Source: Treponema sp. (lineage in GTDB: Bacteria; Spirochaetota; Spirochaetia; Treponematales; Treponemataceae). Taken from it: DNA of 64,000 nucleotides. The stretch lies in assembly GCA_017551705.1 (NCBI GenBank), contig JAFZLA010000095.1:2629-66628 (forward strand). Reading direction: 5' to 3'. The translations under genes and the position numbers were made by a program. Below the pieces are notes generated by a model that saw nothing but the letters and a program-made list of their open reading frames with translations, had not been told where the DNA came from and made no database searches. Positions 43,974 through 53,459 of the stretch are shown piece after piece; position 1 is the stretch's first letter; each line of letters opens with the position of its first letter.

Positions 43974-46394
43974 ATGGCTAAGAAGAAGAATACCCAAAAA
44001 GAGACCAAGACAGCGGACACAGAGCCGGCGCAGATTTTGCCGATTGAACAGATTTTGCCCGCGTCGCTAAATTTGCTTTCGATACAGGGGCGGCCGATTT
44101 TTCCCGGCATTTTCACCCCCTTGCAAATATCCAACGAGGACGACCAAAAGACTGTCGAGGCCGCGCTCAAGGCCGACGGCTTTATTGGAATCGTTCTGAC
44201 CAAGGACGACAAAAAAAAGAATTCGATAAAGAATCTTTGCTCGGTTGGAACGGCCGCCCGCATCATTAAAAAAATAAATTTGCCCGACGGCGGCGTGAAC
44301 ATTTTTATCTCGACAATAAAGCGCTTTAAAATCCGTTCAACTTTGCACGAGCAGGCGCCGATGGCCGCGCTTGTCGACTACCTTGACGAGGAGGAGGACA
44401 ACACATTCCAAGTCAAGGCTTTGACCCGCGCCCTGATCAGCGAGATGAAGGAAATCAGCGAGAACAACCCGATGTTCAGCGAAGAGATGCGGCTCAACAT
44501 GGTCAACATCGACCACCCGGGAAAAATCGCCGACTTCATCGCCTCTATTTTGAACATCGAAAAAAATGACCAGCAAAAAATTTTGGAGACAATCAACGTC
44601 CGCCAGCGCATGGAGCAAGTTCTTGTGTTCATCAAAAAGGAGCAGGAACTCTTGCGCATCCAAAAAAAGATTCAGCGCGAAATAAACGAGCGCGTGGAAA
44701 AAAACCAGCGCGACTACTTTTTGCGCGAAGAGCTCAAGTCAATCCAAGAAGAGCTTGGAACTGACGCGCAGGGAACGGCAACCGACTACAAAAAGTTCAA
44801 GGAAAAAATTGACGCGCTCAAGTTTGAAGGCGAGATAAAAGAAAGCGTGGAAAGCGAGCTTTCTAAATTCCAAGTGATGGATCCCAACTCGCCCGAGTAC
44901 ATCGGAACGCGAAACTTTTTGGAATTGGTATGCGCGCTTCCGTGGAAGAACGCCGAAAACGCGGCGGGCTCCCAGCCGGCGGCCGAAGACTACGACCTTG
45001 CAAAAGCCAAGAAAATTTTGGACGGCGACCACTACGGCTTGGACGACGTTAAAAAGCGCATCGTTGAATTTTTGGCGGTGCGAAAGCTTAAGAAAGACAA
45101 CAAGGGCTCGATACTGCTTTTGGTTGGGCCGCCGGGCGTAGGAAAAACCAGCGTTGGCCACTCAATCGCGCGCGCGATGAACAAGCCCTTTTACCGCTTT
45201 AGCGTTGGCGGAATGCGCGACGAGGCCGAAATCAAGGGCCACCGCCGCACTTACATCGGAGCGATGCCAGGAAAAATTATTCAGGGCCTAAAAATTACAA
45301 AGAGCCGTTCGCCGGTTTTCTTGATTGACGAAGTTGACAAGATGGGCTCAAGCGCGCAGGGAGACCCGGCCTCGGCGCTTTTGGAGGCGCTGGACCCCGA
45401 GCAAAACGTTTCGTTCCGCGACAACTACTTGGATTTGCCCTTTGACATAAGCGACGTTTTCTTTATCCTTACGGCAAACACCTTGGACTCGATTCCGGCT
45501 CCGCTTATGGACCGCGCCGAAATCATCCAGCTGCCCGGCTACATCGACCAAGAAAAGTTGGAAATCGCGCGGCATTATTTGATTCCAAAAAACTTGGAAA
45601 AGAACGGACTCAAAAAAGGCCAGGTAAAATACACCTCCGCCGCGCTTCTTAGAATCGCCGAAGAATACGCGCGCGAGTCGGGAGTGCGCGACTACCAAAA
45701 GGCGCTGGACAAAATCAACCGCAAGCTTGTCACCGAAATGTTGTCGCAGGCCAAGCCCGACACAAGCAAAAAAATTGCGGTGGACGCGCCCGACTTGGAC
45801 AAGTATTTGGGAAAGCCAGTCTTTGACGAAAGTTCCATAAAGCGCGCGTCAAAGCCCGGCACCGCCATCGGCTTGGCTTGGACCAGCATGGGCGGCGACA
45901 CGCTTTTGTTGGAATCGGTGTCCTTTCCCGGAAAGAGCGGCGGCTTGCAACTTACCGGCCAAATGGGCGACGTTATGAAAGAAAGCGCGCAAATCGCCTT
46001 TAACTGGGCGAGGCGCTATTTAATTGCCAAAGGCCTTAAGGACGCCAAATGGTTTGACGAAAACACCGTGCACTTGCACATCCCCGAAGGCGCCACGCCC
46101 AAGGACGGACCAAGCGCGGGAATCACAATGGCCACCACCTTTGTGTCGCTTTTGACAGGAAAGACTATAAAGCCTAATCTTGCGATGACAGGAGAGCTTA
46201 GCCTTACAGGCCAAGTTCTCCCAATCGGCGGCCTGCGTGAAAAAACGGTGGCGGCCAAGCGCAACAAGATTAAGACGATTTTGATTCCAAAGCAAAATTT
46301 GCGCGACTTGGAAGAAACCCCCGAGCGGGTCAAGGCCGGCATCAAGTTCGTGCCAGTCTCGGACGTGTCCGAGGTCATCGCCGCCGCGTTCTAG
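43974..46394 (+). CDS. lon: ATP-dependent Lon protease
   Basis: GPPGVGKTS (Walker A), PKDGPSAGITMAT (catalytic Ser) and a LON N-domain are present. The start is at MAKKKNTQ (ATG 43974). Confidence 0.95.
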   Translation: MAKKKNTQKETKTADTEPAQILPIEQILPASLNLLSIQGRPIFPGIFTPLQISNEDDQKTVEAALKADGFIGIVLTKDDKKKNSIKNLCSVGTAARIIKKINLPDGGVNIFISTIKRFKIRSTLHEQAPMAALVDYLDEEEDNTFQVKALTRALISEMKEISENNPMFSEEMRLNMVNIDHPGKIADFIASILNIEKNDQQKILETINVRQRMEQVLVFIKKEQELLRIQKKIQREINERVEKNQRDYFLREELKSIQEELGTDAQGTATDYKKFKEKIDALKFEGEIKESVESELSKFQVMDPNSPEYIGTRNFLELVCALPWKNAENAAGSQPAAEDYDLAKAKKILDGDHYGLDDVKKRIVEFLAVRKLKKDNKGSILLLVGPPGVGKTSVGHSIARAMNKPFYRFSVGGMRDEAEIKGHRRTYIGAMPGKIIQGLKITKSRSPVFLIDEVDKMGSSAQGDPASALLEALDPEQNVSFRDNYLDLPFDISDVFFILTANTLDSIPAPLMDRAEIIQLPGYIDQEKLEIARHYLIPKNLEKNGLKKGQVKYTSAALLRIAEEYARESGVRDYQKALDKINRKLVTEMLSQAKPDTSKKIAVDAPDLDKYLGKPVFDESSIKRASKPGTAIGLAWTSMGGDTLLLESVSFPGKSGGLQLTGQMGDVMKESAQIAFNWARRYLIAKGLKDAKWFDENTVHLHIPEGATPKDGPSAGITMATTFVSLLTGKTIKPNLAMTGELSLTGQVLPIGGLREKTVAAKRNKIKTILIPKQNLRDLEETPERVKAGIKFVPVSDVSEVIAAAF

Positions 46395-47287
46395 TTTGCA
46401 AAGCCGTTTTCCTGCAGCCAGGGCAAGAGCAGGTTGTCGTTCCACTTGGTGTTGTGGACAAAGGCGTTGTTGCCCATTCCAAAGCCGTGGTCGCCTTTTT
46501 GGCCAAGGATAAAGATGTGGTCAACGCCGGCGCGCGTCATGGCTATGTCCATTCTGTCGGAATTGCGCCAGTCCACCGTGCGGTCGTCCTTGTTGGCGAT
46601 TAGGAATACCGGGCACTTTATTTTGTCCGCGTGCATTTCTAGCGAAAATTCATCTTTGCGCGCCTGGCTTTGGTCGTTGCCCAAAAGGCTTTTGCGCGAG
46701 CGGACGTGAGCTATGTCGTCTTGCATCGAAACTACCGGGTAAACGGGAATGATAAAGTTAGGCGCAAGGCTTACTCCCGTGTCGACTCCAATTTTTTTAA
46801 GCTCGTCTTGGCCGGAAAATTCGGCCGCCATCAAAACCAAATGTCCGCCCGCGCTAAAGCCGATGGCGCCGATTTTTTGCGGGTTGATGCCATAAGTGTT
46901 GGCCCTTTTGCGGACAAGCATGATGGAGCGCTGGATGTCCTGCAGCATGGCGGGGTGGTGCCAGCCGTTCCCGCTGACGCGGTACTTTAGCACAAAGGCG
47001 CTGATTCCCTTTGAGCAAAACCACAAGGCCACGTCCTTTCCTTCGTGGTACATTCCAAGATGGTGGTAGCTTCCGCCCGGGCAAATGATTACCGCCGCGT
47101 CGCTGGTTTTTGAAAGCGGCTTGTAGTAGTCAAGGCGCGAAGAAAGGTCTTGCATTTTTGGAACGCCGTCCCAAATTTTTTGTCTGGTCGGCGCGATTTT
47201 TAACATTGGATATTCCGATGACGGTTGTACAGAATAAGCGGCGGCCGCCATAATTCCAAGCGCCGCGATTAAAGCGATTTTTTTCAT
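46391..47287 (-). CDS. Secreted alpha/beta hydrolase (esterase)
   Basis: It has a signal peptide, the nucleophile elbow GFSAGGH, and an HGF motif near the C-terminus. Its start overlaps the upstream gene's stop (ATGA). Confidence 0.7.
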   Translation of the reverse strand: MKKIALIAALGIMAAAAYSVQPSSEYPMLKIAPTRQKIWDGVPKMQDLSSRLDYYKPLSKTSDAAVIICPGGSYHHLGMYHEGKDVALWFCSKGISAFVLKYRVSGNGWHHPAMLQDIQRSIMLVRKRANTYGINPQKIGAIGFSAGGHLVLMAAEFSGQDELKKIGVDTGVSLAPNFIIPVYPVVSMQDDIAHVRSRKSLLGNDQSQARKDEFSLEMHADKIKCPVFLIANKDDRTVDWRNSDRMDIAMTRAGVDHIFILGQKGDHGFGMGNNAFVHNTKWNDNLLLPWLQENGFAN

Positions 47288-49440
47288 TCTTCAAATCCTA
47301 GGACTACGGCGACAAGGGCCGCGACTTTAGTGACAGGGTTGACCGAAATTCTTCTTAAGTAAATGTGAACGTTCTCGCCGCTTTCCAAGTGATAGTCGAT
47401 GATTAAGGGCGCGGCGCTTTGCTTGCATTTTTGGACGGCTTCGACAAAGAGCGCGGCTCTGCGATTTTCGGCCTTTTGGATGTTCACGCCGTGTTCCAAA
47501 ATTCTTCGGCCAAAATGTTTTTTTGCAAAGAGCCTGTAAGACTTGTTTCCGCGCACGGCCCTGGCTTCTTTTTTGTCGCACTCAATGATGACCATTGGCG
47601 GCGTGTTAAAGACGTTCCTGTAATTGTCTTCGTTGGAATTTGTAATGACCGAAAGATTGTAAAGGTTGATTCTTCCGATTGAGGCGTAGTATTCCGACTC
47701 GTCGGGGTTTTCAAATCCAATTTGAATGCCCTTGTCGTAGCGGTCAAGAATTTCTTCCAGCGGAATGGGCTTGCAATAATAGTAGCCCTGCAATTTGGTG
47801 CAGCCGATTTCTTTTAGAAACTCGACTTGCTCCTCGGTCTCTACGCCTTCGCAAACAGTTTCAATGCCAAGCTCGGCCGCGATTTTAATCAAGCCGCTAA
47901 GCATGATTTTGCTGCGCTCGCTTGTGTCAAAGTTTTGCATGAACTTCATGTCAAATTTTATCAAGTTGAATTTTACGTCGTGCAACACTTCCAGCGAAGA
48001 ATAGCCCGAGCCAAAGTCGTCAATCCAAACGTTAAAGCCCAATTCCTGAAAGCGCTTGATTTGGCTCTTCATGTATTCAAAGTCGCTGCCAAGAATGCTC
48101 TCCGTAATTTCTATCGTGATTTTTGACGGAGGAATTTTAGAAGCGACGACGCGCTTGTTGACCTCTTGGACAATGTCGCAAGCGTCAAAGTCCGAGCGCG
48201 AAAGGTTGACCGAATTGGGCGCGATGTAAAGGCCGGCCTTGACTTGCGCCTCCAATTTTTTAAGAACTTCTTCTAGCACAAAAAGATCAAGCTTGTAGGC
48301 AAGGTTCGCGTTTTCCAAAATCGGAATGAAGTCCGCGGGGCTCAAAAAGCCGCGCTCGGGGTCTATCCAGCGGGACAGCGCCTCTTCGTCGCAAACCCTG
48401 CCGTTGGCGGCGCGAATTATGGGCTGGTAGTAAACCTTTATCCAATTTTCGGCGATGGCGCGGTCGATGTTGTTGACGATGTATTGCCGCTTTTCGGCGT
48501 CTTCCAGCATCGACTTGTCAAACCAAGTAAAGTGCGAAAGGTATTTTGTGCGGCTTGAGTCGCAAGCCATCTTGGCGCGGTCGCAGGCAAAGCTTGCGCC
48601 GCAAACCTCTATGTCTTTGGAATAAATTCCCACGCGCACGGGAATGGACTTTCCGCCGTTTATGCCCTCGCAGTCCGAAAAGAATTTCCAAAGGCGGTCT
48701 TCCAAATCCTTGTCGTTGGTGTAGGCGCAAAAGCGGTCCATTCCAAAGCGGCTGCAGCAGTCGGAACCAAAAGTTTGCGCCAAAAGCCTGGCAAAGGCGT
48801 GAATCAACTTGTCGCCCTCGGCAAAGCTGTACTTGGCGTTGTAGTGCTTCATTCCGCTCATGTCAAAAAAGAGCATGACGGGCGTTTCGCCTTTTTCGAC
48901 AGATTTGGGATAAAAATTGGTGTCGCACAGGCAAAAAAAGTGGTTGATTGTGGGCAGACCCGTCAAATAGTCGTATTGCAAAAGCCGTTCCTGCGTGTTG
49001 GCTCTTAAAAGGTTGGAGTAGGCGGCCGCTAAAAAGTCTCCCTTTTGCTCGCCTTCCTCTTGGTAGTCGCCTTCGTCGGAGAACCAAACAAGCTCTATTT
49101 TTGCATCGTCTTTTTGCACGTGCACTCCGCGGGCATGAAGGATTTTGTACTTGCCGGCGATTTTTGTGCGGTAGACGATGTTGTAGGGCCGTTCTCCCGA
49201 GGCAAATAGGTTGGCGGCGTTTTCGAGCATCGCAAGGTCGTCGGGGTGGCAGCCGTAGTACAAGTCTTTTCTTATTATGTTTATGGCATATTCTCGGTCG
49301 GAGATCTCAAAAAGATCCAAAAAACCGTCAGAAATGGCCAGTGTAACGATTTGCTTGTCTATGTACTGGTAAACCGCCAATGGAACGCAAGACCGCTCCA
49401 TAAGAGAAAGTTCTATTGGGTCGTATTGGTACTTTTCCAT
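47284..49440 (-). CDS. PAS / degenerate GGDEF / EAL domain protein (probable c-di-GMP phosphodiesterase)
   Basis: EAL-domain motifs EALSRW, DDFGSGYSSL, KFDMKF and EGVETEEQ are present. The GGDEF site is replaced by RFGMDRF. The start is at MEKYQYD, preceded by GGAGAG. Confidence 0.8.
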   Translation of the reverse strand: MEKYQYDPIELSLMERSCVPLAVYQYIDKQIVTLAISDGFLDLFEISDREYAINIIRKDLYYGCHPDDLAMLENAANLFASGERPYNIVYRTKIAGKYKILHARGVHVQKDDAKIELVWFSDEGDYQEEGEQKGDFLAAAYSNLLRANTQERLLQYDYLTGLPTINHFFCLCDTNFYPKSVEKGETPVMLFFDMSGMKHYNAKYSFAEGDKLIHAFARLLAQTFGSDCCSRFGMDRFCAYTNDKDLEDRLWKFFSDCEGINGGKSIPVRVGIYSKDIEVCGASFACDRAKMACDSSRTKYLSHFTWFDKSMLEDAEKRQYIVNNIDRAIAENWIKVYYQPIIRAANGRVCDEEALSRWIDPERGFLSPADFIPILENANLAYKLDLFVLEEVLKKLEAQVKAGLYIAPNSVNLSRSDFDACDIVQEVNKRVVASKIPPSKITIEITESILGSDFEYMKSQIKRFQELGFNVWIDDFGSGYSSLEVLHDVKFNLIKFDMKFMQNFDTSERSKIMLSGLIKIAAELGIETVCEGVETEEQVEFLKEIGCTKLQGYYYCKPIPLEEILDRYDKGIQIGFENPDESEYYASIGRINLYNLSVITNSNEDNYRNVFNTPPMVIIECDKKEARAVRGNKSYRLFAKKHFGRRILEHGVNIQKAENRRAALFVEAVQKCKQSAAPLIIDYHLESGENVHIYLRRISVNPVTKVAALVAVVLGFEE

Positions 49441-49586
49441 CGCTCTCCAGACTTTTTTTACCATTATATTTTAGCGCTTTTTTGGCTAAAGTCAAATTTT
49501 TTTTAAAGCCCGCCCCGCGCTGGCGGAAATACCTTGATTTTTGAATAAAAGCGCGCTAGAATAGGGCATTATTGAGAGGTGTTTTT

Positions 49587-49802
49587 ATGGATAAAAAAAT
49601 GTCTAAGTGCATCGAATTGATGCGGCTTTTGGTCAGCGACATACAGGGCGCGCCTTTTGTGGGCGACGATTTTTCGACCGAATTGTATTCAATTTGGTAC
49701 GAGCACGCCCAGCGCGACGCCGTAAACGCCTTTGAATATTTGGACGAAAACTTCACCAACCGCGAAGAAATCATCAAGGCCATCGACAGCCTGCTCAAGT
49801 AG
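49587..49802 (+). CDS. Small hypothetical protein (71 aa)
   Basis: The ORF is preceded by GAGAGG. No family was recognised. Confidence 0.4.
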   Translation: MDKKMSKCIELMRLLVSDIQGAPFVGDDFSTELYSIWYEHAQRDAVNAFEYLDENFTNREEIIKAIDSLLK

Positions 49803-49920
49803 CAACAGCCAGGGCCTAATTCCCTCCAAAAAAAACTCATCTTTTAGGACTTTTCTGCCGATACTTAAAGAGTAGAAATGGCGCATTGTCAAAAAATTGG
49901 CAGGCGCCTAAGGCGGTAGA

Positions 49921-51081
49921 ATGTCCGTTTCAAAAAAGGCATTAAAAAACAACGGTTTTAAATTAAAGGGTTCTCTTAAAAAATGCGGCTTTGACCGCTG
50001 GCGCTATTTCTTTAACGGAATCAACGCGGCCAGCGGGGAGGAACGCCTGTTCTTTATCGAATTGATGGCCGAAAACCCCGGAATCAGCTACGAACACACA
50101 ATTTTGCCCGAAAACCAAGACGACAAAAAATTAGACGCCGGCAGCTTGCAGGACGCCCTTGCCGGAAACATAGACGTTAAGGCGCCCGCCCGCCAAAAAA
50201 TCATTCCAAGCTACGCGTGCGTAAGGGCGGGAGTTTTTGGAAACAAGCCCAAGCAGCTTAACCGCTTTTTTGCCAACAGCGAGATGAATTGGGAAAAACG
50301 GACTTTTGGCGTAAAGGCAAGCGGCTGCGCTTTTAGCGACAACGAGCTTTACGGAGTGATTACAGTCACGGAAGTGGAGGCCCGATCGTTTACCGAATGG
50401 GGAACGTCAAACGGCCGCATGGAATGGAATTTAAAGTACGAGCGCGACTTTGACGCTCCCGAAAATTTTACAAAGGACGCCCGCCATTGGCTTTGCGGCG
50501 GACTTACAGCGCACTTTTCGGGAATGGTCACTCTTGACGGCCAGGAATACGCCGTGTCGCCCGACCATTCTTTTGGATATGTAGAAAAATCTTGGGGAAC
50601 GTCGCTGCCCGTTCCCTTTATGCAAGTGTCGTCCAGCCGCTTGACCAGCATCTTTACCGGCAAGGTCATGAAGGATTCGGGATTCGCGCTTGGAGGCGAC
50701 TACGACGGCCGCCTTGTCGCCATGGCAAAATTTGAGGACGACTTTTACGGCTTTGGCCCCCAGCAAAAAATCACAAAGTACACGGCGCAATGGTCTTGCG
50801 TCCGTTCGCCTTTGAACGACGGAAAAGAAGAGCTGCATTGGTCGGCCAGCATCAATTGCAAAAAATACATTTTGGACGTGGACGTTTTTTGCCCGGCGGC
50901 CGAAATGCTGGTCAAAGATTATTGGCTTCCTGACGGAACCTTGCTAAAAGTTTTGTGCGGAGGTTCCGGCTCGGGAGAAATCAGGCTTTACAAGCAAATC
51001 AAGAAGTCTTTGGAATTGATTCAACACGCCAAAATTTTGGGCGCGTCTTGCGAGTATGGCGAGAAGGACGAGGAAGGCTAA
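49921..51081 (+). CDS. Hypothetical protein, possibly tocopherol-cyclase/AttH-like fold
   Basis: GYVEKSWGTSLPVPFMQ loosely resembles the EKNWG..FP..W.W.Q motif. The stop abuts the next gene's ATG (TAAATG). Confidence 0.3.
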   Translation: MSVSKKALKNNGFKLKGSLKKCGFDRWRYFFNGINAASGEERLFFIELMAENPGISYEHTILPENQDDKKLDAGSLQDALAGNIDVKAPARQKIIPSYACVRAGVFGNKPKQLNRFFANSEMNWEKRTFGVKASGCAFSDNELYGVITVTEVEARSFTEWGTSNGRMEWNLKYERDFDAPENFTKDARHWLCGGLTAHFSGMVTLDGQEYAVSPDHSFGYVEKSWGTSLPVPFMQVSSSRLTSIFTGKVMKDSGFALGGDYDGRLVAMAKFEDDFYGFGPQQKITKYTAQWSCVRSPLNDGKEELHWSASINCKKYILDVDVFCPAAEMLVKDYWLPDGTLLKVLCGGSGSGEIRLYKQIKKSLELIQHAKILGASCEYGEKDEEG

Positions 51082-52848
51082 ATGGCGAGAGTCGGGGAGC
51101 GGATTTTAAAATTTGTTTTCTTCTCTTTTGCATTGCTTTTGTGCGGAACAAATTTGCGCGCCCAGACCATAACCATCTCCGAGCAACAAGACTCGGCCCC
51201 CGAATCGGACCAGTCCAATTACGACGACGCCATGCCTTACAACGCCACAGACGAACAAGCTTCGGCGTCGGTGTTGGGAGCCGCTCCCAGCCTTAAGACT
51301 CCAAGCCCCGTGCTAGGCCTTTGCTGGAGCGCCAACAACGCCTACTTTGCGCTTACCGAACAAAACGCGATTTTTATCCGCGACGGCTTTGACAGCCGCT
51401 TGGTTCACACTATCGGATACGACGGAGCCACCAGCCTGCAGTTTGCCTGGGACGTTGTCACCGAGACCGACATGTTCATGGCCCTTAGCGGCGGCGGAAA
51501 GTTCAGCGTTTGGAATTTTAAGGACTTGCCGAATCAAGTTGCAATATCGGGCGAGGTGGAGCCTTCGTACTCCGTTCAGCTTAGCAACGAGCGCCGCGTC
51601 ACAGCCAGCGTGTTCAGCCCTTCGGGAAACCACATGGCGGTGGCCTTTGACGACGGAACGGTCAACATGTCCATCGTCTTGCACTACACGCAAAAAATCT
51701 CGGACACAACTTTGGTCGGCCATTTGGGAAACGTCTACAGCCTTGACTTTAGCAAGGACGACGGATACTTGGTCAGCGGCGGCCTTGACGACAAAATTTT
51801 TGTTTGGAACGCCACCGACGGAAAAAAAGTCGGCTCTATGCCATTTTACAGCGGAAGCGGAGCGGGCGTTTTGTTCACCGCGGACTCCAAGGCTGTGATC
51901 TCTGTGGAGCGGCCCGGCTTGCTTTCTATAAGAAATTTTGACGGCAGCCGCGTTATGACGATTGAGCCGCACGAAAAGAACATCAAGGCGCTAAAGCTGA
52001 CCAGCGACGGAAAGCGCCTGGCCGCCTTGACCGCCAAGGACAACATAGAATTTTACGACATAAGCACAGGAAAGTACGTTGGCTACGTTCCGCCCTTTAA
52101 CCAAACGTCGCTTACAAGCTACGCCTTTAACCGCGACGACAGCGTCTTGCTCACAGGCCACGCCGACGGTTCGGTCTACAAGCTGCGCCTTGAAAAAGTT
52201 TTCTTAAAGCCAGGCCAAAAGCCCCCGCGCATGCGCATGATCGGCCCCGACGAAGTTGTGGTCAAAGGAACGGCCTACACCGACAAGATTCCTGGCAGCA
52301 AGGATAATAAGGATTTTTACAAAGAGGGCCACCAAATATTCATCGACCCCTTTGTGGGCTCCACGCCCGAACCCTTTACCTTTTGCATAGGCCTTGATTC
52401 GGGCTACAAAAACTTTAACTTGGTCAAGCCCATGTATTTTGGCGGCGGCCTGAGCTTGAATTTTTCGCCGGACTGGGGCTCCTACCCCTACACATACCGC
52501 TACAGGGCTGACGGCGACAAGCTGCCCAACCCATTTTTTGTTGGAGCGGTTTTGTACGGAACAGTTGGCCTTGCGGTAAAGCCGTGGAAAAACGACCTGG
52601 TGATTTTTGTAGACGTAAACCCGGGCGTTTCGGCCCAGTTTATATGGAACGGAAAGTTGGCCTCAAAGGCTATTACCAGCGACCTTTTTTGGGCTTTTAA
52701 CGTCAGTTCCAAACTAGGAATTGAATACAAGCGCTTTAACACCGCGATTTTGGTGGAATACGATGCCCTAAGAAAGTTTACCGCGGGTCTGGAACTGGGA
52801 TGGTCAATCAATTTTGGAGGAGGAAAAAAGAAAAATGACAAAAAATAG
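51082..52848 (+). CDS. Exported WD40-repeat beta-propeller protein with a C-terminal beta-barrel-like region
   Basis: It has a signal peptide ending NLRAQ and WD-type repeats (GHLGNVYSLDFSKDDGYLVSGGLDDKIFVWN; LLTGHADGSVYKL). The aromatic-rich C-terminal ~200 aa ends in ...GWSINF. Confidence 0.7.
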   Translation: MARVGERILKFVFFSFALLLCGTNLRAQTITISEQQDSAPESDQSNYDDAMPYNATDEQASASVLGAAPSLKTPSPVLGLCWSANNAYFALTEQNAIFIRDGFDSRLVHTIGYDGATSLQFAWDVVTETDMFMALSGGGKFSVWNFKDLPNQVAISGEVEPSYSVQLSNERRVTASVFSPSGNHMAVAFDDGTVNMSIVLHYTQKISDTTLVGHLGNVYSLDFSKDDGYLVSGGLDDKIFVWNATDGKKVGSMPFYSGSGAGVLFTADSKAVISVERPGLLSIRNFDGSRVMTIEPHEKNIKALKLTSDGKRLAALTAKDNIEFYDISTGKYVGYVPPFNQTSLTSYAFNRDDSVLLTGHADGSVYKLRLEKVFLKPGQKPPRMRMIGPDEVVVKGTAYTDKIPGSKDNKDFYKEGHQIFIDPFVGSTPEPFTFCIGLDSGYKNFNLVKPMYFGGGLSLNFSPDWGSYPYTYRYRADGDKLPNPFFVGAVLYGTVGLAVKPWKNDLVIFVDVNPGVSAQFIWNGKLASKAITSDLFWAFNVSSKLGIEYKRFNTAILVEYDALRKFTAGLELGWSINFGGGKKKNDKK

Positions 52849-53380
52849 CCTCTCCATAAAAAGATTGACAATTGGCCTTTTGCGCCTTACAATTATTTGC
52901 GCCTTGATGGTGTTTGCGTCGACATGCTCTAACACCACGACCACCATTATGTCCAGCTATGACGAGAAGTTTCCTGTCAAAAACGACAGCGACGACGACG
53001 AGTACAAGCCCGGAATTGGCGAGGTTGGTTTTGACCCTGAAAAAATGCTGGACGACGAGTACTTTAAGAGCGCCGACGGAGTGTTGCAATTGCGCGGCCC
53101 CAAAAACGCCGCCTTTTATAAATGGACGTTGTGGTTGCAGACAATCGTTTATGTCAACGGCGTCAAGGTGTATGAAAAGACCGAGATGACGTTGCCTGCG
53201 ATTTGCTTTCAAACTGACTCGTCGGACACGACGGAGTATTACATAGTTTACATACCGATGTCGGGCTTAAAGGCCGGCTCTTATGTAATATCATTAACTG
53301 CTACAAGCAAAGGAGGAGAGAAGTATTCGGACAGCGCGGCTCTAATAATTTACGACACAGTCCGTATGTCGTCAAATTAG
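52835..53380 (+). CDS. Lipoprotein (181 aa)
   Basis: Lipobox FASTC; GGAGGAGG lies upstream; the gene overlaps the WD40 gene's 3' end. Confidence 0.6.
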   Translation: MTKNSLSIKRLTIGLLRLTIICALMVFASTCSNTTTTIMSSYDEKFPVKNDSDDDEYKPGIGEVGFDPEKMLDDEYFKSADGVLQLRGPKNAAFYKWTLWLQTIVYVNGVKVYEKTEMTLPAICFQTDSSDTTEYYIVYIPMSGLKAGSYVISLTATSKGGEKYSDSAALIIYDTVRMSSN

Positions 53381-53459
53381 AAGACCGTTACAATAAAAGT
53401 GGCTGGGAGGCTCAAAAAGTTTTTTTGAGAAAAAAAACATTTTCCTTTAGGAGGAAAAC

